IMG/VR virus record: IMGVR_UViG_3300036715_000947 | Coordinates: 1 to 63,115 of that record | DNA from: a virus | Taxonomy: Duplodnaviria; Caudoviricetes | DNA: 63,115 nt | Direction: 5' to 3' (one strand) | Shown here: piece by piece, positions 7,401 through 16,443 of the stretch | How positions within the stretch are numbered: position 1 is the first letter of the stretch | How the letters are laid out: the number at the start of each line of letters is the position of its first letter | Made by a program: the position numbers and the translations under genes | Notes under the pieces: generated by a model | Database searches by the model: none | Told to the model about the DNA's origin: nothing | The model's input: the letters and a program-made list of their open reading frames with translations, nothing else

Positions 7401-10078
7401 AGGTAGGTGGTCAGAACTGAGACGGCAACGTCGTAGGACGTGCGGCTCACTCCGTAGGCATCTGCCTGGGCATCAATTCCGGCTTGCTCATTCGTGATGT
7501 TGGTGTAGTCGAGTACTACGGCTGATTTTTCTCCAGAGCTGAGAATGTTGTCCGAGGCGATGCTAGCGAGTCCATCCAATGCGGACTTGATCCAATCAGG
7601 CTGTGTTGAGCTTGCCACCACGGTGTAGGAGCCGCTCGCCCATTCGGAGTTTCCAGACTTGTAAACACCACACACCCGCACGGAGTAGGTGCCCGGCTGC
7701 ACGTCGTCGAGTAGCGCGGTAGGTCCTGTCACCACCATGTCAGTCCACGGACCAAAGTCACGCGATGCCTGAGCATGGTAGCTAGAGGCGCTGTCTTGGT
7801 CCCAAGAGGCCATGAGCACTTGCACATTGCGATCTTGAAGTGTGCGTGTAGTGGCGATGATGCTGAGGTTGGCGGGGACGGCGATGGCCGTGCTGGTGTC
7901 CTTCCGTGGGATCGTGTCGCCAGCAATCAAGCCGAGCATGGCGTACTTCGCCGGGTCATGCCGCAAAGCCGACACAGTGTATGTAAGGCCCGTGTCCTTT
8001 GTAACATCTGTCACCCTCCACAACGAATCCGTAGTGGGTGTGCTGAGCAACCACGAAGTGCCCGCAGCCGGTGCAGAAGAAAACGGAGATGACACGCTCA
8101 AGGTAGAAGTCGTGCTTGCCGGTGTGCTCACTGGCTTGGTTTCAAGGCCAACAAGCGTTTGGCACGAGAGCGTGTAGGAGGTGCCGGGGGCGAGTGTGAC
8201 TGGTGCGTCCAAAGTCACATTGCTTGCGTCGGAAGCAGAGATGATGCGCCCACCGATGCGTGCGTGCCCCGCGCGGAATTGATCACTGATGCTGATGATG
8301 TCGCCAGGGTAGACTACAGAGCCTTCCAGTCCAGAGGAAAACGACACCAGCTCTGAAGCAAGAAGCTCTGTGAGTATTGCCCACTTGCATAGGCGAAGCG
8401 CCTGTCCGTGCGAAGTGCACCCAATGGCGGACAGATTGAGGACATTGTAGCCATAGCGAGAAATGCCGTCCTGGTCCTCGTACACGGCAACGTCGGAATC
8501 ATACCCTAGCTCTGGATTCAGGAACGTAGCAATCGCCACCGTGTGTCGTGCTTGCTTAGCTGTTCCTTCGTACCTGAACGCTCCGCCCTCTACGTTGGCA
8601 TTCGTGAACACCGCGGAAACCACATCGTCTGTGTCGGCCACCGCAGTGACAAGCCCACTCGCGTAGTACGTGACGCCCCAAAAGATCGAGGCCATGTCGG
8701 ACAGAGCCTTGATAGCATTCTGCTGGCCTTGGATGTAGATGTTGGCACTCATGCGGGGCTCAAGGCCCATCTTGCCATCGTCCACCAATGTGTCGCACCA
8801 CTGGCCGATGTTGTACAGGCTCCATTTGTCTAAGTTCGTTGCCTGTAGGAATGTGCCGCTGCCATAGCGGGTGGAAGTGGCCATGTCGTACCACACCCAC
8901 GCAGGATTGTTGCACCAAGCCATTTTGAACGACCCATCCCAAGCGCCAGCGGTAGTGCCGGGGCCGGTGGTGGCGTAGTTCGCAAGCCTGGTTATTGTGC
9001 GCCCTGGTGCCGAAGCCTCAGTTACCGGGGAGCCGCCCGTGGTGGTGAGCACAAGGTCAGAAACATTGGAGATCGTAAATGTGGAGTTGTTGGCCGCGTT
9101 TGTGAAGCCAGTCGTAGTAATCTGCTGACCAACCACAAAACCATCGTCAATAAAGCTGCCCACGTCTCGCGTGAATGTGTGCGCCGTACCGTCCACTGCT
9201 ACCTTGTTGGGGCGGAACGGCTCACGAGGTGTGTAGTTCGCAGGCACTTTGATTTTGAGAAGTTTGGCAACGACCGTTACCTGCGGAATGGACTTGAACT
9301 GTTTTGAATTGACGCGCATTGAAAGCACAGCGCTGTTTGGGTAGCGCAGTCTCACGTCAATGATTTCAGTAAACGCCTCCCACCATGTATCGCGTAGGTT
9401 GTACGCAGTAGAGTCAGGCGACAAGCGCGTGACGCGAATCTGCCATGTTCCGGTAGGAACCGGAAGATCAACATGATAGGTTTTAGTGAACTTCGTAGAG
9501 AACGGGCCGCCAGTGATTACGCCGTTGCCCTCAAGCACAACCGCCGTCCACGCCCCACCCATGTAGCCAGGATTCTGGATTTCGATTTTGATCTGTACTG
9601 TGTTGCCGGAGGTGTTGCCGTTACTGGAGTCTATTACCTTGAACTGGTTCGGCATTGAGATGCGCACGCGCACTGCCGACGGGTTGGTGGACGTGGAGCG
9701 TACTACTGGCGTTGCCTGGAACACCTGAACGCCAACGACAGTCTCAGACTCGGACCCCGCGATGCCTTTGATCGCGGGCTGTGTGTTCGTTCCGGCAACA
9801 AGGGCCATGGCGAAGCCCTTGAAGTTCTTTGTAACACCATCTCCAGATAGCACAGGGGTGCCATCCAGGTACACGCTCTTCAAACCTTCGTAGAGCCCCG
9901 CGATAGGTCCTTCGCCTAGAAGAATCTGGAGTGTTCCAGTCTCGTTTACCGTGGGGTCCAAGTAGGACGGGCGTCCTACCGGGCCGCTCCCGCCACCACC
10001 TCCTCCTGGTCCGCTTGGCCCGCTAAGCCAAGAGGAGCCGCCTCCGCCATCACTTGGATCTACAACGCTAGTGACCAT
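4487..10078 (-). CDS. J: tail tip / host specificity protein (lambda J-like) with FN3 and carbohydrate-binding-like modules and a C-terminal Hint domain
   Basis: LGEGPIAGL..SVYLDGTPV, LRYPNSA, WDGSFK.AW.NNPAW, FTNANVEGGAFRY motifs; follows M-L-K-I. Confidence 0.92.
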   Translation of the reverse strand: MVTSVVDPSDGGGGSSWLSGPSGPGGGGGGSGPVGRPSYLDPTVNETGTLQILLGEGPIAGLYEGLKSVYLDGTPVLSGDGVTKNFKGFAMALVAGTNTQPAIKGIAGSESETVVGVQVFQATPVVRSTSTNPSAVRVRISMPNQFKVIDSSNGNTSGNTVQIKIEIQNPGYMGGAWTAVVLEGNGVITGGPFSTKFTKTYHVDLPVPTGTWQIRVTRLSPDSTAYNLRDTWWEAFTEIIDVRLRYPNSAVLSMRVNSKQFKSIPQVTVVAKLLKIKVPANYTPREPFRPNKVAVDGTAHTFTRDVGSFIDDGFVVGQQITTTGFTNAANNSTFTISNVSDLVLTTTGGSPVTEASAPGRTITRLANYATTGPGTTAGAWDGSFKMAWCNNPAWVWYDMATSTRYGSGTFLQATNLDKWSLYNIGQWCDTLVDDGKMGLEPRMSANIYIQGQQNAIKALSDMASIFWGVTYYASGLVTAVADTDDVVSAVFTNANVEGGAFRYEGTAKQARHTVAIATFLNPELGYDSDVAVYEDQDGISRYGYNVLNLSAIGCTSHGQALRLCKWAILTELLASELVSFSSGLEGSVVYPGDIISISDQFRAGHARIGGRIISASDASNVTLDAPVTLAPGTSYTLSCQTLVGLETKPVSTPASTTSTLSVSSPFSSAPAAGTSWLLSTPTTDSLWRVTDVTKDTGLTYTVSALRHDPAKYAMLGLIAGDTIPRKDTSTAIAVPANLSIIATTRTLQDRNVQVLMASWDQDSASSYHAQASRDFGPWTDMVVTGPTALLDDVQPGTYSVRVCGVYKSGNSEWASGSYTVVASSTQPDWIKSALDGLASIASDNILSSGEKSAVVLDYTNITNEQAGIDAQADAYGVSRTSYDVAVSVLTTYLGTLPGWNVIPGSDVPIVGTTFRQKFADVYSNRQSLLNAIYAKAKALADAANDLAGSPIKPILFKDFSGGLPAGVTFPGTVASSDNGTTTTITNTVADQNLRFTGLNLDPTKSYAIAMRVKLITGPWEGVIYPSNAGHGENSGYRKVIPAPTVGVWTTIVADMRTLTVGGSDYMTGGNVLALRFDFINDLGTSVAIDWISVGAFGTVSQSDVDAAQSGVNTINDPDTLTTGEKPQIILDYNAITGENADLVAKANAYSVSHSTYDTAYSALMSYLSTLTSPTAWNSLSGTTSLGTGNRVALWNPKWTAVKNAAADLRNAIAVGTAQNAISMAATDATNKANAVQLASQPHQVAWAYASKPALPNASYPAGYYAITTDARTVQVNAAGTAWTDVLVAATGLFGQLISSQLTVTNLDNLIPNGTSDQTPPTGGWPAGSFEAAWLDHSGPNAFSGDYARAVYHTNGTYSGTDLAHIPCAAGDKYYMECMAKSQGPGMQAMGCYFRDAANNTVGWGSPTVVSSTSYAKASCIGTAPAGAVLMVIYLEVNDAQPSGWYWFDNLYARRMADASMIVDGTLQALVARVPLLYSLDMRSGSDENGYHAGTAISAPIGFRISAGGFPSTLLGGETFTAQMELGYGVNLAGYKLSGLTARAMSAIGDNGQAGTSFRCFYRGSNDPGTNGGRPNISQLTVTPRLYQVASPYMGRIDLKLAPNSYTDNLDGLSYAKIELFSQSAAGTTATLTARGVYYCPLGDRIYYNPTSDSDAGNASYATQVIAEAILSGVPACKVTLYGAAGSSDTHCFYSASGWTVGTALTDNGTSWPSGITGASGGGTGGGTGGGGNCPAPDVPLLMADGTEKPSGVVRVGDRVVAWDESEGCVCVEEVTHASMSTNHRWLLVLSNGRTGRFAANHRFLLGDGRWQELQHLVHGDVLTNGLVVESARADVYGPVVKITVNRVHTYTTLGVVSHNVKPQ
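4502..4882 (-). other. C-terminal Hint (bacterial intein-like) domain, 127 aa, in the tail tip protein
   Basis: CPAPDVPLLMADGTEKP..VRVGDRV start, AANHRF block B, L.HGD, VVKITV..HTYTTLGVVSHN end, then VKPQ-stop. Confidence 0.85.
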
Positions 10079-10087
10079 GACGAATCC

Positions 10088-10774
10088 TTACGGGGCAACT
10101 GCACAAACCCATGGAGTGGTGGAGCCATCGCCTCCGATGGTTCCGTTATTGTCCGGCGCTAGTCCGCCGAAGCCCTTGTCCTGAAATGCCATGCTGTCAA
10201 TACCGGCGCTGATTACGTTGCCGCCAATTTTCATCAGGCCGTAGCCCAGCGGAACTGGACCTCCCTGTCCCGTTGTGAGTGCGGGAGCGTTGAACGACCA
10301 TGTTTCTGCGTCCTTGTTGTTCATGCCACTTCCCGTTGTCGGTGGCTTAGACAACATTGAGACAGCACCGGCCAACATGAGCGCATTGCCAGCTGCGTAG
10401 AAATAGTCACTGACGGCAAACGCCCACGACTGGAAGTAGAAGGCACCGGCCACGTAGAACGCGGCTGCAAGCGCATACATGATCAAGCCAGGTATGAAAT
10501 TCTTCAGCCCTCCGTGTGCGCCTGAAACAAGCGGCACGATCTTGACCACCTCTGCACTGCCGATGGGATACATGACAGTTTCCGGAGACTGGTCAACTCC
10601 GTCCACAACTACTCTGTAGTCCGTGGTGTACTGTGTGTCTCGGATGTACTGCTTGAAGCCTGGAACAACACTGGCCAGCGCGTGCACGGCCTCTGCAACA
10701 GATTCCACTTCTAGCGTGAACTCGCGGCCAAACCTTTTCCGAAGTTCCCCGTACAGAATCACAACTTTCAGCAT
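10088..10774 (-). CDS. I: tail assembly protein I (ubiquitin-like)
   Basis: LYGELRKRFGR..EAVHAL, IVPLVSG, TTGQGGPVPLGYG. Confidence 0.9.
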   Translation of the reverse strand: MLKVVILYGELRKRFGREFTLEVESVAEAVHALASVVPGFKQYIRDTQYTTDYRVVVDGVDQSPETVMYPIGSAEVVKIVPLVSGAHGGLKNFIPGLIMYALAAAFYVAGAFYFQSWAFAVSDYFYAAGNALMLAGAVSMLSKPPTTGSGMNNKDAETWSFNAPALTTGQGGPVPLGYGLMKIGGNVISAGIDSMAFQDKGFGGLAPDNNGTIGGDGSTTPWVCAVAP

Positions 10775-11439
10775 ACTGGCCTCGCAATGAACGAAACACT
10801 TTCAACGAGTCGGCCCATGTTCTCGACCAATCCCAACTTTCCGAATGGCTGGTGTGCAATCATGCCGTTGCCGACGTATACGGCACAATGATCGTTGTTG
10901 ACTCCACGGATATTGAACACAATGAGATCACCGGGCTCCGGCTCGCCCGTACCAACCACTGTGGCGGCTCCGCTGCGCAGCCCATCAGTGAACAAGTCTT
11001 CAGAGCGCCAAAACTCGGGCCTGCGCAAAAAGTCTGGAAGTTCCAGCATATCGGTGGCCACGGTGTAGCAATCCTGCACGCCCCAAACGAAGGCGTGGCC
11101 GAGTGGATTCCATGAAGCAGGAACAAGGCGCTTCCACGTACCGTCCATGGAGAACACCCACCACGGAACACTGCCTAGATCGCACTGTGCTTGGTCATGG
11201 CAGTACTGGTCACCACCTCCGTGCGTGTGCGAGTGCACCACGCCAAGAATGTCTCCCTTGTCTTCTGCGGCGACCCAATCGGAAGGATCGATGGTGAAAT
11301 AGTCGTGAGCACCTCCGATATTGTTGCAGGGAACATAAACAGGGAGCCTGTCTCCGCCCAACACGATGAGCCCGCACGACTCATCAGGGGCACACGCACG
11401 GGCGTGGTCCATGATGGCAGTGTGTAGGTCAGGAGTCAT
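10768..11439 (-). CDS. K: tail assembly protein K (JAB + NlpC/P60)
   Basis: HA..CAPDESCGL, VVHSH, FVWGVQDCY, HCAVYVGNGMIAHQ; start set at MTPDL (ATGA overlap). Confidence 0.9.
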   Translation of the reverse strand: MTPDLHTAIMDHARACAPDESCGLIVLGGDRLPVYVPCNNIGGAHDYFTIDPSDWVAAEDKGDILGVVHSHTHGGGDQYCHDQAQCDLGSVPWWVFSMDGTWKRLVPASWNPLGHAFVWGVQDCYTVATDMLELPDFLRRPEFWRSEDLFTDGLRSGAATVVGTGEPEPGDLIVFNIRGVNNDHCAVYVGNGMIAHQPFGKLGLVENMGRLVESVSFIARPVC

Positions 11440-12146
11440 CGAACCCTCGCTGCTCCAGGGAAGCCACCAAAAGGAAGCTCCGCATCTTTGCTTCCGAACC
11501 TGAGCTTGCAAGAAGTCAAGCGCTTGCCGCACACATCAAGGTCAGCGGTGGTGGGTGTGTCGTCAGCCTTGAAATACGAAGTGCCTGCGTAGCCGCACTC
11601 AGCACCACGGTACGCCCAAGGACACGCGTTGGCGACTATGACCCTCTTGGGAATCCTGGCAGACTGCACATCCAACGGCGTAACAAGCTCGAACTCGATC
11701 ACATCCTTGGACTCTGAAATCTTGCGCTCGATGAACCACGGCTCATCTGGCCAGCACTTGGTAGGGTCGGCGGTCGGGTTGACGCCGCCTGGAAAGTTCA
11801 CGGCGTCGAGATACTTGGCGAAGCAGCGCTTCAGTGTGACGGACGCGCCTACAAGATCATCGAGCGAGTGGATCAGGGCACCTATGGTCCCATCGAGCGC
11901 AGCTACGCTCAACCGTGGTCGTGGAAGCGTGCCCTTGCTGGACCACTTGAAGCCATCACTGCCAATTGGGAGGGCAACGTACTCGTAGCCCTGCCACACC
12001 ACGTTTGTGCCTAGTTGGTTCGTGCCAGAGTGGAAGCGATAGATGGCGTTGCCGCTGCCAGGAATGGGCGAGGTGTCGAGAACGAATAGCTCAATCACCG
12101 CCGTTGGCGATAGGCTCTGGATCTCTGCAAACGGAGTGGTCGTCAC
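11436..12146 (-). CDS. L: minor tail protein L
   Basis: VIELFVLD, GTLPRPRL, KYLDAVNF, C-terminal CPWAYRGAECGY..DVCGKRLTSCKLRF..LPFGGFPG. Confidence 0.93.
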   Translation of the reverse strand: MTTTPFAEIQSLSPTAVIELFVLDTSPIPGSGNAIYRFHSGTNQLGTNVVWQGYEYVALPIGSDGFKWSSKGTLPRPRLSVAALDGTIGALIHSLDDLVGASVTLKRCFAKYLDAVNFPGGVNPTADPTKCWPDEPWFIERKISESKDVIEFELVTPLDVQSARIPKRVIVANACPWAYRGAECGYAGTSYFKADDTPTTADLDVCGKRLTSCKLRFGSKDAELPFGGFPGAARVR

Positions 12147-12475
12147 ATCGGCACCTGCTGGAATTCTGCGGTAATGCTCGCAATGTTGTAGTCAACATCA
12201 GTGATCGTCCACTTCTTGCAAACATACTTGCGACTAATGTCGCCAGGGTGTGCGTAGTCGAACGAAAGTGTTCCTCCTTGCGCCTCAATGAAGCTCTTGA
12301 TGGCCGCCATCTCGGCGGCTGACCTACCGGAGAACGCCAGACCGCGCAACCGCATGTCGCTGTTCAGCCCATCCGGTGCGCGTTGCTCGTAGCCATCACC
12401 GAATCCCACGGAACGCACACGCGGAGTCCTGGTTTCAGTGGCTCCAATGTCAGGCACCCATGTGAATGTGGACAT
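12143..12475 (-). CDS. M: minor tail protein M
   Basis: TFTW.PD, FGDGYEQR..DGLN, ATF/AEFQQV ending. Confidence 0.92.
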   Translation of the reverse strand: MSTFTWVPDIGATETRTPRVRSVGFGDGYEQRAPDGLNSDMRLRGLAFSGRSAAEMAAIKSFIEAQGGTLSFDYAHPGDISRKYVCKKWTITDVDYNIASITAEFQQVPM

Positions 12476-15400
12476 TTAAGACCTCGACAGCAATCCGTTT
12501 TGACGTGACTCTTGGACAATTATTTCTCGCACCTTCGCACCGATGAGCTTGCCCAGCGCGAGAGCTTGGTCGGAGTTTCCAGATCCAGACGAAGAAGAAT
12601 CCTGGCCGTTATTGGTGATGTGGATGGTTATGCTGGTGTGCGTGCCGCCAAGTTCATGGTTGGGCGTGATGCGCCCTCCCGTGCTGGGCGTAAAGATTTC
12701 AGGACCGCGCTCGCCCACAAGGTAGGACGTACCTCCACTAACACTGCCGCCGTCGGCTTTGCCGCCTCCAAACAGGCCCATGATTGAAGTGCCTAGTGTG
12801 CTCCAGTTGTTGCCATTGGATGCCCAGTCAATGATCGGCTTCATCAACTGTGTCTTGACTATGGCCTTCTCCATCTCGACCAGCATGTCGGCAACGACGC
12901 TCTTGATGGTGTCGCCAAGTGTACGCCAGCTACGCGCAACTCCGTTGGTACTATTCATCCACGCAACCATGCCATCAGTGGCCGCACCAGTGGACTGGGA
13001 GACAATGCCCCTGATCATGGGCCATGTTTCACCGGCATTGGCGCGAAGCTGATCCTGCGCAAGCGCGTTGTCTCTCAGTGCCCTGTTGGTTCGCTCGATG
13101 CCTATGGTGGCCGCGCCCTCGGCCAGTAGCGCCTTGCGCTCTGTTTCCAGCCTGTTCTGCTCCGCAATGTCGGTAAGCCCTACCACGATGTTCCTGTCCT
13201 TGAGTGTCTGTAGTCTGGCCTGCTCCTTGGGATCGGTGATGCCCTTTTCGATGTTCGCGGCTCGATACGCCGCGGCTTCTCCGTAGAGCGCAGTGGTTAG
13301 CTGCGTAGTCAGCGCCTTTTCTTCCTGCTTGAATGCGTTGAAGCCACGACCGGCCACTAACGCATCGCGCTCTTCTTTGTTGAGCAAGCCCGCTAGCTCA
13401 AGTTGCTTTGCGTACGCTGCGTTTTCTCCGTAGAGGATGGCAGTGAGATTCTCTGCCTGCGAAGCCTTTTCGGTAGCAAGGGCAATGTCAGCTTTGTCCT
13501 GAAGTCCCTTGTCGACCACTGCCTTCGGAACGGCGGGCAACACCTCTCCATGCTTGCCTATGCTCTTCTGAGACATCTCAAGCCTGTATGCGGCGGCCTC
13601 GCCGTTACGAATGCGCTCCAGCACAACGGCATTCTTCAGTGCCTCGGCGTTGCTGTCTTCAAGGACTTTCGTACGCGCAGCCTCGTCGATGTAGTTGGAC
13701 TTTGCCAGAACTGTCCGTTTGATGTCCTCCTCCCGCATCTTGCCTGACAAACGTAGCTTCTGCTCATAGACCTCAAGCTCTGACTTCCCTAGTGCGGCGG
13801 TGTCTGCCTGTATCTTCCTGATCTCATCGTTGCTGGCAGCTAAAGATTTGCTAGCCACTAGCTCGTCTATGGTGGAAGTCGAGAAGTCGCCAGTCTGACT
13901 GAGCTTGCGAGAGTACACGTCAAGCTCGCCGTGTGTGGAGGCGTAGAGTGCGTCGCCAAGCGATTTCTTTTCTTTCAAGATAGCCACTTCTTGGCGCAGT
14001 CCATTCAGCGTACCAGCGGCGGCGGCGGTGTACTTTTTTATGGTCGTCTCACCAAACATGTACGCGGCATTCTCGCCTTGTAGAAGTTTGATCTTCTCCT
14101 GCCTGAAATTATTGGTGTCAGACTCTACACCCTTGGCCTGCCTTTCCTCGTTCTCCGCCTCATCCGCACGAATCTTGGCCGCCGCTTTCTCAGCCGCTAC
14201 CTTAGTCTTGTACAGTTCCCAGGTAGCAAGCTCGTCAGCCGTCCATCCGTTCGCCCTACGCTGTTCGTAGAGCCTCTTTTCCTCTGCGGCCAATTTCGCC
14301 ACCTCTGCGGCGGCCATGGCGTCTTTCGTGGACTTGCCGCCCGCTTTCGCATCCTCGTAGGCTTTGCGTTCAGCGGCTAACGTCTTCCAGATGGCACGCT
14401 CATCCTCTAGCGGCTTGGCAACATTTCTCTGGTGCTCTTCCGCCTTGCGGTTGGCTTCTTCCAAGCGCTTGGTTTCGCCGACCACATCACCGGCGACCAA
14501 TCGGAACCCCGCATACACTACGGCCAGACCTGCTGCCACGGCGGCGAGAGCCACCAACAAAGTACCCAGGGCCGTAGTGGTGAGGAACGTCACAGATGCA
14601 GAGAGCGCATCGGTGGCAATTTTTGCAGCCGATGCGGTCATAAAATACCCGTCAAACGCGAACGCTGCCATACCAGTGGAGATGGCAAGTTTGGCCATGG
14701 ACCAGCCAGCAGTGAGCGCCGCCACGCTAGAGGCGTAAAGCGGTGCCACCAACATGAGCGTGATTGAACCACCAACTGTGATGATCAGGCCCTTCCAGCT
14801 AATGGTAGCTTCTACCGCCTTGTTGACCCATCCGACGTACATTCCCAGCGCATGTATGACGCCTTCCACCGGGTTGACGATGTTGTCAATGAACTTCCTC
14901 CCATCCGCAGATTCAACAAACTTTTTCGTTCCTTCGCTGGCGTCCTTGAGCCACGTCACCAACGGAAACATGACAAGGGAAGCAACTGGCTCTGCGATCT
15001 CGCCGATGGAAGTCGACAAGTCCTCGAAGTACCGAACAGACGAGTTCAATTGCTTGCCGAGCGTCTGCATGGACGCTTCGTACGCACCATGAATGTCCTT
15101 GCCCTTCTCCATCACGGCATTCACGCGAGCCTGCATCTGTTCATCGACGGTTAGCTCCGCCACTGTCTTGTGCAGCTCGGCGGCCAGCTTGGTGTACGAA
15201 GTTTGCAGGTTCACGTTGATGCCGAGCGTGCGCAACATCCGCACCTGCCCAGTCTCAATGGCCCAGGTCATTCTCTGGAACGCTTCAGACGAATTGATGT
15301 TTGCGATGACGGCGGCATCCTGAGCGATGCGCCCAAGTTTGGTCGCGCTGGCCAAGTCGATGTGCGCCTCTGCCATGCGAGTGAGCGACTGTCGAGACTC

Positions 15401-15697
15401 AAGCATGGAGATGCCCGTCTTCTCAAGGCTCTTTGTGAACCCTTCCATCTCTTGCGCTGTGTAGTATGCGTTCTTGCCTACTACACCCATGACCACGCCG
15501 AGTGTCTCAAACCTTGCCGCGTTGAGCACAGCCTTCTCTGCGTAGTCGGCCAAGCTCGAAAATGCGTCCTCCATCTTGTGGAGCATGTCGATGCCAAGCC
15601 CCAAACCGGCGCCAGTCTTCACCAGACTTGCCAAGCGCTGGTCTGCGAGGACTACCGGGTCTGAGTTAACTGCTATGGAGAGGTTTGCAACTTCCAT
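12476..15697 (-). CDS. H: tail tape measure protein
   Basis: 1073 aa helical Ala/Glu/Lys-rich; C-terminal ADGGSV...YLVGERGPEIFTP. Confidence 0.92.
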   Translation of the reverse strand: MEVANLSIAVNSDPVVLADQRLASLVKTGAGLGLGIDMLHKMEDAFSSLADYAEKAVLNAARFETLGVVMGVVGKNAYYTAQEMEGFTKSLEKTGISMLESRQSLTRMAEAHIDLASATKLGRIAQDAAVIANINSSEAFQRMTWAIETGQVRMLRTLGINVNLQTSYTKLAAELHKTVAELTVDEQMQARVNAVMEKGKDIHGAYEASMQTLGKQLNSSVRYFEDLSTSIGEIAEPVASLVMFPLVTWLKDASEGTKKFVESADGRKFIDNIVNPVEGVIHALGMYVGWVNKAVEATISWKGLIITVGGSITLMLVAPLYASSVAALTAGWSMAKLAISTGMAAFAFDGYFMTASAAKIATDALSASVTFLTTTALGTLLVALAAVAAGLAVVYAGFRLVAGDVVGETKRLEEANRKAEEHQRNVAKPLEDERAIWKTLAAERKAYEDAKAGGKSTKDAMAAAEVAKLAAEEKRLYEQRRANGWTADELATWELYKTKVAAEKAAAKIRADEAENEERQAKGVESDTNNFRQEKIKLLQGENAAYMFGETTIKKYTAAAAGTLNGLRQEVAILKEKKSLGDALYASTHGELDVYSRKLSQTGDFSTSTIDELVASKSLAASNDEIRKIQADTAALGKSELEVYEQKLRLSGKMREEDIKRTVLAKSNYIDEAARTKVLEDSNAEALKNAVVLERIRNGEAAAYRLEMSQKSIGKHGEVLPAVPKAVVDKGLQDKADIALATEKASQAENLTAILYGENAAYAKQLELAGLLNKEERDALVAGRGFNAFKQEEKALTTQLTTALYGEAAAYRAANIEKGITDPKEQARLQTLKDRNIVVGLTDIAEQNRLETERKALLAEGAATIGIERTNRALRDNALAQDQLRANAGETWPMIRGIVSQSTGAATDGMVAWMNSTNGVARSWRTLGDTIKSVVADMLVEMEKAIVKTQLMKPIIDWASNGNNWSTLGTSIMGLFGGGKADGGSVSGGTSYLVGERGPEIFTPSTGGRITPNHELGGTHTSITIHITNNGQDSSSSGSGNSDQALALGKLIGAKVREIIVQESRQNGLLSRS

Positions 15698-15698
15698 G

Positions 15699-16061
15699 TC
15701 ACTTCTCCTGAGAGTTGGCCCGGCTCACATAGGCACTGTCTATGACCCGCACAAGTTCGAGATCCGTGTACGAAATTTCTTCGTGGCGCATGGCGCACCA
15801 AGCCTGCATGTCGAGCCACGATAGTCGAACGACTGCGTTTCCGTTCTGCGACCTGCCTGAGTGCAAGTCACTCCATATGTTCCAAGCTCCCCGTGCGGCG
15901 TCTGGCAGCTCGACATGATCGAGAGCCGGAGGACGTTTGCCAGTTGTGGCTTCAACATGCTCCAGCTTTTCTCTGAGACTAACGCCGTCTTCCCCCGGCA
16001 CTTCCAGCAGGAAAACGGCGTCAGCGTAAGCACGGGTGCTCTCGATCAGGACTTGAAAGGA
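15699..16061 (-). CDS. tail assembly chaperone T-like portion, probably made by -1 frameshift from the upstream chaperone
   Basis: ORF in the -1 frame overlapping the chaperone end, no good SD; W..W..L..GR...LSW.DMQAW pattern. Confidence 0.7.
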   Translation of the reverse strand, partial: SFQVLIESTRAYADAVFLLEVPGEDGVSLREKLEHVEATTGKRPPALDHVELPDAARGAWNIWSDLHSGRSQNGNAVVRLSWLDMQAWCAMRHEEISYTDLELVRVIDSAYVSRANSQEK

Positions 16062-16417
16062 CGAGCGGTGTCCCCGAGTCCGTCGATGAGCTGCGTCCGC
16101 ACCCAAAAACTCTTCTTGTCTTTGAGGATGGCCATGCAGGCTTCGTCAGAGTACGGAACCTCTTCGCCTCCACTGGTGAGACCGCGCCACGAAAGAATGC
16201 GGGCCATGACCAGATCCAGTCCATCCTGCTCATCCTGGGAGGTGGTGGAAAACTTGCGCTTCTTGGATCGGTCGAGAATGGCGGCGACCTTGGCCTGTGC
16301 TCCAGCATGGTGCGGAGAGGCCAGCTCGAAAAACCACCCGCCCTCGCCCGTAGCGGGGTGGATGATCTCGACCTCGAAGCTGTCTTTGAGTGTTGCGGAG
16401 ATGGCGCCAAAGTCCAT
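16046..16417 (-). CDS. tail assembly chaperone (G-like)
   Basis: Start MDFGAIS after GGGAG SD; HPATGE, ILSWRGL...PYS; located before the tape measure gene. Confidence 0.8.
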   Translation of the reverse strand: MDFGAISATLKDSFEVEIIHPATGEGGWFFELASPHHAGAQAKVAAILDRSKKRKFSTTSQDEQDGLDLVMARILSWRGLTSGGEEVPYSDEACMAILKDKKSFWVRTQLIDGLGDTARPFKS

Positions 16418-16443
16418 GTGGTGCTCCCTTGATGAAGGTTTGA

